From: Hemiscyllium ocellatum | Taxonomy: Eukaryota | NCBI RefSeq assembly: GCF_020745735.1 | Contig: NC_083420.1 | Coordinates: 73,192,237 to 73,256,236 of the forward strand | Direction of reading: 5' to 3' | DNA: 64,000 nucleotides | Shown: piece by piece, positions 36,385 to 47,770 of the stretch | How positions within the stretch are numbered: position 1 is the first letter of the stretch | How the letters are laid out: each line of letters opens with the position of its first letter | Made by a program: the position numbers and the translations under genes | Notes under the pieces: generated by a model | Databases searched by the model: none | What the model saw: the letters and a program-made list of their open reading frames with translations, nothing else | What the model was told of the DNA's origin: nothing

Positions 36385-36644
36385 TGAGTAGGAGTTGCCA
36401 CATCCAACAGAGATTCACCTGTACTTCCACATTGTCTCGTTGCTCAGGATGTGGTCTCCTTTTCATTGGGGAGACAGGATGCCAACTTATGGATCGTTTG
36501 AGACAGAATCTCTGGGACTCCCGAAACAAACAACCGTAGCGCCCTTTGGCTGAAAACTTTAACTCCCTCTCCCACTCCACCAAGGACATGCAGGTTCTGG
36601 GCCTCTTTCACCGCCAAGCCCAAAGCACCGGACACCTCTAGGAA
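36385..36644 (+). mobile_element. Neptune-type Penelope-like GIY-YIG fragment, left part (split by the Gypsy element)
   Basis: RFTCTS...CSGCGLLFIGETG...FNSLSHSTKDMQVLGL; continues at 45412. Confidence 0.8.
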
Positions 36645-36956
36645 TGTTATGGACTAGGCCACTCAAAACATTTTCAAGCAGGCAGCACAGAAAACAACAG
36701 AGTAATTTGTTTTGGTAACTGTGTAGTGAAAATTGCCCGGAGTAAGTCAGCTAGGTTGACTATCAAGTTTTAAAACAGACCAAAATGTATTCACAAAAGT
36801 ACGGAATGAAACACAAAGAACACCGACAGTGCTCAATGCATCCAAACTAGAATTAATTATTCTGTTCCAAATGCACACATCAGTTCTGATAAACAATCAC
36901 CTTTAACACAGAGCAAAAAAAGGAAGAAAATCTGTCAGATCGAAGGTAGAATTGCA

Positions 36957-36991
<35 letters not shown>

Positions 36992-37263
36992 CTTAGCAGC
37001 CTGTTTCCACACAGCTCACTGCTGCACTATTTCGAACTTAACTTTAGAATATGGAACTGACCACCGCCCTCTCCTTACACAGGTTACTTCCAAAGCATGA
37101 CCGAGTTGGTATGAGGTCTCGTCTGTTTACAGATAAACAAAATGTCTCACAAAATCCTTTTCCATCTTTGTACCTAAATAGCCACTTCGGAGCAGGGTGG
37201 TGGTTTACCTCCGAGAAAATCAAGGACTCAACATCATTGAGAAAATGGACCTGCTTTGTAACA
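36645..37263 (-). repeat. 3' LTR, containing a (GA)n microsatellite at ~36957-36991
   Basis: TGTTATGG...TGTAACA termini; colinear with 44815-45411. Confidence 0.85.
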
Positions 37264-39636
37264 AATACCTGCTTAAAAAGTGAACCAACAATCTCCAAAG
37301 GTTGCTTCATTTTGAAAACCCTTCAAAAAAAACTGCATTTTAGCCTAATCAGTCATATACATTATACTAGATACATACCTGAAAACATACACAAGCACAC
37401 GCAAATTCAGGGCGTGGCACATACAGCACTGAAAGGATTCGTATCTCATTCAACTCTCGACAACGCACCAGCAATCACGTTTTCGAGACCTGCAACATGC
37501 ACAATTCTCAAATTGAATGGCTGCAACAACAATTTGAATTCAAATGGTCTGTCATTTTTTTCCCTCGATTTTCTCCATATATGACAATGTTTATCATCAG
37601 AGTCAACGATTGTCTTCCATGCACTGCTGGAAAGAGGGGCACTGAAATGTTGTAATGCCAACAACAAGCTCAACATCTCTTTCTCCACAGTTGAATATTT
37701 CTGTTGATAACCGTTCAGCTAAATGTAAAAATACCCGACAGATATCACGATTCCCTTGTCATCCATCTGAAGGAGGATCGCACTGACACCAACATTACGG
37801 TCGTCAATAAACACGTTGAAAGGCTTCACGTAATCAGGTGTGGCTCACACTGGGACACTGTTTTACACATTTTGAGGTTGTCAAATGCCTTTTGACATTC
37901 TGCTATCGTATGGAATTTCTCGACCTTTTAAGAAGTCGGTGAATGGAGCTGCTACAATGCTGAAATGTGATTTAAACATTCGGTAAAAATCCTTTCACTC
38001 CCACGAACTCTAGTACAGCTATTTACGTCGACCGTGTCGGAATTTCACCAATTATTTTCATTTTTGCATTCCGTGAGCTTATTTGACCGTGTCCAAAATC
38101 ATGGCCCAGGAATTAGACTTGAGCACTGGCAAATTCACTTTTAGCCAGATTTGACACCAAGCCTTCCTTCCGAAATCGATCGAACAAGTCCAATAAATGC
38201 TCTAAATGTTCCTTACGTGAGTGACTAAAAGTCATTGATTCATTAATATGTACCACACAGTTGATAATCCACAATGAGCTTTTTAGTTAGTCCCCGGAAT
38301 GTGGCTGAAATATACCGTTTTTCATAGCAAACGACGTGATTTTGAACTTTAAACTCCATTTGATGTTATGAAAGCCGAATTTCCTTTACTTTCTCTGACA
38401 AAGGTACCTGCCGGTAGTCTATTAGCAAGTCCATTTTAGAAATGTAAGTTGCCTTTCCCAATTTTTTGACACAGTCCGCCAAGCGCGGAATTGGTTAAGC
38501 ATCAGTCTTTGTAATGTCTTTGACGTTGCAATAGTTCACACATAACGGTTGGTTGCCATCTGGCTTCGGCACATTACAATTGTTGAGCTCCAGTCACTGT
38601 AACTCATTTTGTTCATCTGCATCTTGGAGCATGCATTATATCTCCTTCTGAACTTGTGCCAAGTTTAGAAGGTTATGTCCATAAGGATGTTGCTAAATCG
38701 GAACAGCACCATACATCATACATAATTAGGTCAGTTGTTCCCAGTTATTTCCACCAATCTCCCAATTTGATATTAATAACTCTTTCAGGTCATTTCGAAT
38801 TTCTTGTGGAAGGTAACTCAATGATTTATTGCAATTTTGACAACTTCTTCATTGTCCAAATTGATATGGAAAATGTCCAATTCAGAGTCATTTGAACTTG
38901 GTCATTCTTTCTGTGGTGTAATCATTGACAACTTCTCTTCTTGCTTTCCCTCCATGTCAAAATACACTTTGAGCATATTCATATGACACACTCTAATTTA
39001 TTCCTGTCTGGAGACCTTTTCAAATAGTTCTCAATTTCCCCTCGATTTGATAAGATCCAGTCAACCTGGCCATTACAGGTTCACCTGTAACTGGAAGTGA
39101 CAACAATAATTACTCCCCAATGGCAAAATTACAAACTTGTCTTTTTTTGCCCTTTCCAGTTTCATGTACGCTGTGATACATTTAAATGTCGTCTAGCCAA
39201 CTCTCTGTCTCTATTTAATCATTCTTTAACATTTGACACATAGTCCAAATGAGTGGTCTCTGAATTCTGACGTAATATTTCCTCTGTTGATTTTAATTGT
39301 CCTGTTACTTCATACTGCAAAATTATTTTAAATGGTTTCAATACATATGGTGCATCTCGAATCTCAGAAAATACAAACGGGACTCCCTTATCACAGTCAT
39401 CTGGATAGTTCTCACCTTAAGCTCTCAATATGGTCTTAAACTTTGATGCAATCTCTCAGAAAAATGACATATTGCACAGAAGAAGAATGGGATACGAGAC
39501 AGTAGACTAGAAAGGATTGGAGTTCGTAAGGAAGACGTGGTATCAATTCTAGAAGGAGTGAAAATAGACAAATTCATTGTGTTGAATGGGATTTATCCGA
39601 GGAAGCTCTCGCAAGCTTTGTTTTGATCTTTGAGTC

Positions 39637-40455
39637 AAGATGCGAGTCGTGCTGGAAAAGCACAGCAGTTCATGCAGCAAACGAGGAACAGGGAAATCGA
39701 AGTTTCGGGCAAAGCCCTTCATCAGGAAGGATGCTGAGAGCTAAGGGGTGGGGGGAGTTAATTGGTACGGAGGTGGGGTTGGGTAGAAGATAGCTGTGAG
39801 TGCAATAGGTTGGTGGAGATGGGGGTAAGGCTGATAGGTTGGAGAGAAGGGCCGAATGGAGAGTCGGGAAGGAAGATGCACAGATGGAACATGTCAAAGG
39901 GACTAAGCTGGATCTTTGGAACTGGGGTGAGCTGGGAGTAGGGGAAATGAGAAAACTGATGATGCCATGTGATTGAAGAATTACGAGGTGGAAAAAGAAT
40001 CGTTCTTCCTCCAGGCGTTGGGTGGAAAGGGAAAGGCAATGGAAGAGAACGAGGACCTTCATATCCTCCACAGAGTGGGAGGGAGAGTTGAAATTTTCGG
40101 CCAGGGCGCAGTGGGGTTGACTTATGCGGGTGTTCCGGGGATGTCCTCTGAAGCACTCTGCGAGTAGCCATCCAGTCTCTGCAATGTAGTGGAGACCGCG
40201 TCAGGAGCAATAGATACAGTAAATGACACGTGCAGAAGTGCAGACGAATGCGGAAAGCTCCTTTGGGGCCTTGGAAGGAGGTAAAGGGCAGGTTTTGCAA
40301 TTCCTGTGGTGGCAGAGGAAGGTGTGTTGTTAGGTGACGTGGACCTTACCAGATAGTCACGGAGGGAACGGTCTTTATGGAAAGCGGATAGGGGTGGGAA
40401 GGAAATTGCATCTCTGGTTTGTATGTGATGGAAATATCGATAGATGATACGGTGG
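39637..40455 (-). mobile_element. Neptune-type Penelope-like 3' fragment (GIY-YIG plus hammerhead terminus)
   Basis: VIYCIYCS*RGLHYIAETG and RLEEERFFFHL motifs. Hammerhead CUGAUGA-A-GGGC-UUU-GCCC-GAAA-CUUC at 39697-39728. Confidence 0.88.
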
Positions 40456-40551
40456 TCACGAGGTTGTTGGGGGTGGGGGTGAGGTGAAGAGCAGCAGAGC
40501 AGAACAGAGCTCCGTTATACAGGAAAGCTGCTTAATGGTGCACTGAGCGGA

Positions 40552-40623
40552 TAGCAGAAGATGGTTTTGATCAATCAACCTTTGAGTTATGGGCGCAGCA
40601 TGCTCCCGCTGCTCCACTCTGCT
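40552..40623 (-). pseudogene. Initiator tRNA-Met (CAT) pseudogene
   Basis: AGCAGAGTGGAGCAGCGGGAGCATGCTGCGCCCATAACTCAAAGGTTGATTGATCAAAACCATCTTCTGCTA, 62/72 identical to the vertebrate tRNA-iMet sequence as I recall it. Substitutions break the D, anticodon and T stems. Confidence 0.9.
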
Positions 40624-43600
40624 ATGCACAGAACAGAGCAACGTTTCACGGAAAAGCTGCTTTGAGTCTTTGACTAATGATCTTGGAGTCGTCATTTTCA
40701 ACAGGTTTAGGAGCAGAGGACTGTTGCAATGCAATCTTGTACCCTTGTTCAAGGGGGGCAGGAGAGATGACCCAAGTAATTATAGACCAGTGAGCTTTTC
40801 ATCTGTTGCAGGAAAGGCTTTTGAAAAGATTATAAGATATATGGTTCATAATCATCTAGCACGCAACAGTTTGGTTACAGACAGTCAACAGGGTATCGCC
40901 AAAGGCAGTTTATATCACACAAGCTTCACTGAGATTTTTGAGAAGGTGACTAACATGTGGCTGAAGGTAGCGCAGTTGGCGTGCTGTACATGAACTCCAG
41001 TAAAACCTTTGATAAGGCTCCACATGGTAGCATGTTGGAGAAAATGCCAAGGAATGGGATTGAGGTTGACTTAGCAGTTTAAATTAGAAACTGGCTTTCT
41101 ATAATAAAGCAACGAATGGGTTTATGGAATGTATTCAATCTGGATTCCAGTTACTAGTGGTTTGCCACAAGAATTTGATTTTGGTCCACTGCTGTTTTTC
41201 TTTTTGTTATGTATAAATGGGTTAGGCGCAGGCATAGGTCGATGAGTTAATTAATTTATAGATGGCACTACACTTGGTGGAGTCGTGGACAGTTTGGAAG
41301 AATGTTGCAGATTGCAGGCGGACTTGGATAAACTTGCAGAGTTGTGCTGAGAGGTGGCAAGTGGAGTTCATCGCAGATAAATGTGAAGTGATTCACTTTG
41401 GGAAGAACAACAGGAAGGCAGAATACTGAGTAAATAGAAAGATTCTTCATAATGTGGATGTGCAGAGGGATCATGGAGTACATGTGCATAGATCTCTGTA
41501 AGTTTCCACCCAGGTTGATAGAGCAGTTAAAAAGACATACGGTGTATTAGGTTTTATTGATAGTGGAATTGTATTCCAGAGCTGTAATGTCACACTGTGC
41601 CTTTACAAAATGCGAGTGCGACCACACTTGGAATATTGTGTACAATTCTTGTCGCCTCTTTGCAGGATGGATGTGGAAGCATTAGAAAAGCTGCAGACGA
41701 ATTTTACCAGGATGTTACCTGTTCCGGAGGGGAGGTCTAATGAGGAAGGCTTGAGAGGCATGGGCCTGCTCTCATTGGAAAGAAGAAGGCTAAGAGGGTG
41801 TTTGATCCAGACATCCAAGATGATTAGAGGATTAGATAGGGTCGACAGTGAAAGTCTTTTTCCTCAGATGGTGACGTCAGCTGGTGCCGTTCGCATAACG
41901 ATAAATTGAGTATTGATAGATTTAAGACGGATGTCAGAGGCAGATTCTTTATTCAGAATGTGGTAAGGGCGTGGAATGCCTGCCTGCCAATGTAATTAGC
42001 TCAGCCACATTAATGATATTTATACAATCATTGGATAAGCATAAGAATGATGAAGGAATAGTGCAGACTGATGGGCTTAGGTTAGTTCACAGGTTAGTGC
42101 AATATCGAGTGATGAAGAGCCTATTCTCCGCCGTATTACTCTATGTTCTATGTTCTCTCTAGCCCTCCCTGCCATTCTGGATGGTTCGCAGTAGACTTGA
42201 GTTGCTTTATCCCCAATATATCCCTCACTTCCTTGACTAGTTTAGATGTGAAGTCCTCGATTCTGCCTAGGTCTCCATTGGTATACTCTCTCTAGTAAAA
42301 AGATTTAGTAATTCGTCTACGAGATTTTTAGCTGTAACGTTGTGTAATGGTACTGCCTCACAAAATCTAGTCATTACATCCATTATTTTCTTAAATACTT
42401 ATTCCCACCTTTTGTTTGAGGTAACGTATGTGCGAAATCAATCAAGACTTTTGGGAAATGTTACTGAAATGTTGAAATACATATTAAAGGTGCACGTTTT
42501 TATTACTGTGGGTTTCTAATTATCTGAAATGTATGCTATGTCTGGCAAACATCAGCTATGTCCTGTGTAGTTCAGCCCAGTAAAAATATCATTGCGTGTT
42601 AGGTTGTGTTTTCCTCAATCCCTGTGGTACCTTTTGCACCATTCACAGCAACTTCTTTCTCTACCCTACTGAAAAAAACGATCTGATGTACTTCCACCAA
42701 TTTCTCACCTGCTTATATGTGTGATTGTCGGCATTTCCTCATTAAGACTTCATTTGTTAAGTAGTAACACAAAGAGATGCATTCCATCTCCATCTCTGTA
42801 TATGCATTTTGGTAGAATGCTTTAAGTTCTCACTTTTCTGCTGTAACTCAATAAGCATAACAGAGTTAAGGTACTTGCATATTTACCTATTTGTTCCTGC
42901 TCTGTCTCACTTATCTGATGAGAAAATGTTCTCTGAAAACTCGTTATCAGCTTCCCAAACTATGTCGGTGATCTCTCATGCTTCATCTTGTGCTTCTGTG
43001 ACCGCGTTATGACACAACCTGATAAAGTTTACAAATAAGATTGCGATAATGCTTCAGTTGCCTGAGTCTCCACTGGCGCTTCAAATGGAGTAGCAGCACG
43101 TATAACGCCGAATCAGCTATATTATTTGCAAGGACAAATTGTCTTCCTAGAGCTGAGAGTTTGCCCAATATGCCTACCACAATTTCTGCACTCTTCACTG
43201 AACACTCTAGCCTCTCTTTACATAATTACACACATTTTGTCTCAACAGGAGTTTTGGCAATAGTCCTTTTGGAGTACATATCTCCTCATCTTTCAGCATC
43301 ACAGATTGAAAAGATACTGTGTCCCTTAATATTAAATCGTCCTTGCTTCCTCCTCCTAGCTAACGTGAGTTAACCTCACCCTTGCATGTATAGATTTAGC
43401 AGATCTGGGACTCCCTCCTTAGCAACGGCTGATCATTTTGCACACACTGACGCAATGGTATAACTTCCTACTTAACAAGGCCAAAAAACATCCCACGTTT
43501 GTCCAGTTTTCTTCCATCTGGCTTTTTCCTGGCAGACCAACTCTGTGATTTCGTGTGGCCGACTTTATGGCAATGAAAACACCGTAGCTTTTAGCTTAAT

Positions 43601-44814
43601 TGTCCTCCTCAAGGGTTTATCTTTAACCTGTGGTAAATTGTCATTTTGATCATCACTTAGATTTACCTTTCCCTTTCCACGTGACGAATTATCTTTGACC
43701 CAATTTCTATCCCTCATGGACTGAAACTGATTCGGGAGTCCTAAACGTAATTTATGAAGCAGCTCATAGTCATCAGCCCCTTTAGCTGCTAACCTAGCCG
43801 TTTCAACTCTGTGCTTCCAGATGAGTTTGCATGACTTAAGGCAGAGAATTTTAGATTCCTCCAAACTGATTACCTCTCAAGTTCGTGGTCTGGGTTTGAT
43901 CCATTTCTAAGCACTTATCCATCAATGTAAATTAATCTGTTAGATCCTTTCAAACTCAGTGTAGGTTTGACAATGGCCCATCCTTAAATTCCTGAAACGT
44001 TGTCCATACTTTTCTGGTCCAAGGCCATAAGCACTTAAAGTAGCTTTATTCAAGACCTCACCTCCCCAGATATCCCCTCTGACAATGACGTGATGACCTC
44101 ACTCGCCTTACCTTGGATCAACAAAACCTTCATTGCTACTGGCCACTGCATTTGTTTCGCCACCTTTTCAAATGAGATGAAAAAGCTTTGCACATCCTTC
44201 TTAAATACTTTACACAATGCTTGAACAGACTTAAGCAGTTGGTCTACAGGCTTTTGACTAACAAAGGGTTGCTCGTCGTCACTCTCTTCCTCACTAAGCC
44301 TACCTTCAGTCTTTATCTCCAACCGTTGAAGCTGACTTTCCTTTTTAAGACAGTTTTTGAAGTTCACACGTATTCTCTTTTTCTATCTTATCTGCTGCTC
44401 TCTATTTTCTCTATCATCTGTTTTAAATCGTAATTCAAACTTTTTAAATTTCTGTTGCCATTTTACTTATCTCTCGCCTCCACCACAAGTTGTTTCATTT
44501 GCAATTGAATTCTTGTCTTCTCTAAGCATTCTAATGGTTTTTCCAGCAAGTTTCAATGATGGTCCACTCCGCTAAATTGCCTCTCATTTCCTGACAAAAG
44601 GAGGCAGGTCCAACTCCACCTTGTCTGCTAATGACTGTAGCTTGGTCATCCTCAACATTTGAAAGTCTTCCAAGTCACCGTATCCAGTTCCAGAAAATGT
44701 TTGGTGATTAAAAGAGCTGTTGTTATTTCAAGCTTTGTCTACCGAAACCAACACCCGGAATAAAGAGACTTACAACTGTTACTCGCTGTTTAAAATCCCG
44801 CAAGATGCCCCCAA

Positions 44815-45411
44815 TGGTTTATGGACTCGGCCAGGCCACTCAAGACATTCTGAAGCAGTCAGGCCAGATCATAACTTTGCAATTTGTTTCCGTGAGTTTA
44901 CAGTGAACGTTACCCGAGATACATTAGCTAGGTTGATTACCAGGTTTTAAAACCGACAAAAATATATTAACAAAGTTGTGGAATGAAACGCAAAGAATAG
45001 AATAAAGAACATAAACTTCAGATCTCAGTCTCTACCAACGAGACTTAATTATGTTGTTCCGTCTGTATTCAACTCTACTAATAACCAAACCCCTGAAGCA
45101 GAGAGCAAAAAATGAAACAAAAGCTGACAGGTCGAAAGTAGAATGGCAGACAAAGAGAGAGTTCTGCAGCCTGTTTCAGCTCAATGCTGAACTATTTGAA
45201 ACTTAACTTTAGCTTTCAGAACTGACCATTCTCCATTTATACAAGTCACTCCTAAAACATGACCACTTTGGCCTGAAGTCTCATCTGTTTACATATAAAC
45301 AAAATGCCAGTCAAAATCGATTTTCATCTCTGTACCCATGTAACCATCTCTGAGCCGACCCCTCTGAAAAAAGGACACATTGTCCTTGAGAAAAATAACA
45401 GCCTTATGACA
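44815..45411 (-). repeat. 5' LTR
   Basis: TGGTTTATGGAC...ATGACA termini, adjacent to the PBS. Confidence 0.85.
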
Positions 45412-45810
45412 GGAATGATGTCACATTTCCGCCTTGGGATCACTCCCTCCCCACCACCCCCACCATCGCCAATTATAAGGGATCAATGTTAAATTTTTAC
45501 CAGTTTCCTCATCTCCTTTGCCACCAGCTTATCACAGATCCAACTTCCAACTCGGCACCACCGAGTGTGCTACCTGTACATTTTCCTTCCCACATTCTGG
45601 TCCCAGCTCCTCTCGGACCTATCATCCTCACTCCTACCTTAATCTACCTATCGATCTCACAGCTACATTACACCCAGCTCCAACTCCACCCATTGATTTC
45701 TAAGCCCTCTTAACGCACTAATGTTATAAAGACGTCATGCTCGAATCCTCGATTTTCCTACTCCTTGGATGCTGCCTGTCCGGCGTTGTTTTTCCAACAG
45801 GCTACTCTTC
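45412..45810 (+). mobile_element. Neptune-type Penelope-like fragment, right part
   Basis: FRLG coding resumes after the TSD; C-rich UTR; GGATGCTGCCTG tail; hammerhead no longer recognisable. Confidence 0.75.
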
Positions 45811-47037
45811 ACCTTTGAAAACCCTGTTAAATCGATTTAAAACTTTAAAATAAATGGCAGTGCGCGAGAGCCCTTACCAACATCAGGTTGACTGTCAAAT
45901 CCCCTGCTACTGAATCGTCTAATTTGAAGGACTTATGGTGCAACTTTAAAAAGTCACCACAGAAACTGCTTAGTTATCAGAAATCCCAATAGGTTCATTG
46001 ATTTCAATTGGGGAATAGAACCTGCCACCTCGTCTGGACCTAGACAATAGTCTGGCCTCTACGTAAAAGGAGAGACAAAGAAAAGAAAAACAGAAAGAAA
46101 GAGGTGAAATAGAGGGACTGAATAAATCTATAACTCAACCAGGACCTTACAGAATGTCCAGGATGGATCTTTCGATGTGGAACACTACCACCAAGACAAC
46201 ACTTCTCTTTCATACACCCTCCTGAATTGCTTGATATACAGTGTAGAGTGAGTATAATTTACCTCCAATTAAACTTTGGGAACACCTCCTAATCAGTGAT
46301 TCCGTCCCTCAGGTAACTGTGAACCTGTACCAGATTTTCCAAAACCCTGGTGAAATACTTCTTACGATGAAGAGTTTCCAACTATATCATCAGTAAGGCC
46401 ACGTATTTGTAACTCAGAAACGTTACCCCAACGTCACCCAAATCTCAGTTCATCTGTTGAAACTGTCATCCTTTTTTTGTATCTCTAGATTGAACACCCT
46501 TACAGATTCCTGTCCATCTTCATAAACTCCCCACACCTAATACCTCCACACGTGCATTTTACCTTCCTGGAATCTTGGGAATCATCCAAATCATTGCTGT
46601 CTGAGTTCTGCTGTTAATGGCTCACACTGCATAATTTTAAGTCACTGGATTTGTTGAAAGTTTACTCCATTTAAGATAATAATTGCGCCACCCTTCTCAG
46701 TAGGAGGGTGATACTTTATTTCCACAAGGAGAGTGCAGTGCTTACTCTAATCGATATTGTCAGGATAGATGCAAATGTTGCTGTGTATAATGCAACATAA
46801 CGTTTCCTCTCAAACTCATCCACTGTTCTCGTTCATTCGTTCTGTACCTACTCTGTTTCGATGCGGCCTGTAGACACAAAGATGTCTGAGTTGTTCTCGA
46901 TGTATCAACTTTCCGAGAACTTCAAGCATATCACTTCATGTCTTCCTCCGGCAACTTGCATGTGCATTGTGTCTACTGATTGTGGACACAAGAAAATCTA
47001 ACTAACAAGAAAATGCTACTTTTTCATCAAGACACTT

Positions 47038-47119
47038 CGACAGCAGTGGGATTCAAATCATCATCAATGAAAAGTCAAAGTCTTACTCTAATGTCATAGA
47101 TCGTCCAGCCGTACATCCT
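47038..47119 (-). pseudogene. Highly decayed tRNA-Leu-like relic
   Basis: GGCTGGACGATCTATGACATTAGAGTAAGACT...TTTGAATCCCACTGCTGTC is colinear with tRNA-Leu(AAG) GGCCGAGCGGTCTAAGGCGCTGGATTAAGGCT...TTCGAATCCCACCGCTGCC. Confidence 0.5.
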
Positions 47120-47770
47120 TAATGTCTTTTGGGGTAATAACACTGCAGGAAATGTTACTGTGGGAGCAGGAGAGATCATGAGCCTGATTTGCCATTTCGC
47201 AATTCTGTCATAGGTACCCAACCTCAATAATAATTATGCTTTGAATCACTTAAAATGCTCCCAACCATTTCTCTGACAACATATCTCAAGCTTCTCTTTT
47301 CTCATCAAATTGCTTCATGTCGGTCAACAAAAGGTGATGTACAAACAGAGTCGGTCTGGCAATAGAAATCATGCTGAATTCAAAACATTACCAGTATTTC
47401 CACTCTCCACAGATGTTCATAGACCTGCTGAGTTTCTCCTGAATTGTTTCTTTGGACGATATGTTTTTTCGAACTTACATCTCTCAATGTGTTCAATGCC
47501 TCAAAAACTTTCTCACAAGTACGTAGTGTCCGTCTGTTCCACATTTCTTTGTGAAGATTTCAATCATCCGCTTCGTAAGCAGCAGACACAGTATAACGCA
47601 TTGTTTCTCTGCACTGTTTAATATGAAGACACAATTCTGCATCAAAATTTTGGAATTGTTTGAAACAAGCACCTTCCACTTCCTTGAACCGCAGTACTGT
47701 CAGTGAAAACCACCCTGTTAAAATAGGTCTTGAAACTGAATGGAGGAAGTCAGGTTTGTTCAGTTGGAAA

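Larger units (their letters stand above)
39460..42157 (+). mobile_element. CR1/HER1 LINE inserted in the Gypsy integrase, itself interrupted at 39637-40667
   Basis: NYRPVSFSSVAGK, RPHLEYCVQF and LERRRLRG motifs; (CTATGTT)n tail at ~42140-42157. Confidence 0.9.
36645..45411 (-). mobile_element. Full-length decayed Gmr1-type Gypsy LTR retrotransposon with nested insertions
   Basis: LTRs 36645-37263 and 44815-45411, TSD GGAA (36641-36644 / 45412-45415), PBS-like TGGGGGCATCTTGCGGGAT at 44795-44813. gag SFFISFEKVAKQMQW, knuckle CFHCHKVGH (~43580), protease ILRDT (~43325), integrase STANHPEWQG (~42180), RT (~38700-38000), RNase H EKEMLSLLLALQHF...NVIAGALSR. Confidence 0.92.

Noticed and set aside
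46375-46393. CTGATGA...GAAA on the minus strand
   Set aside because: No convincing stem II or stem I and no PLE flanks; chance match.
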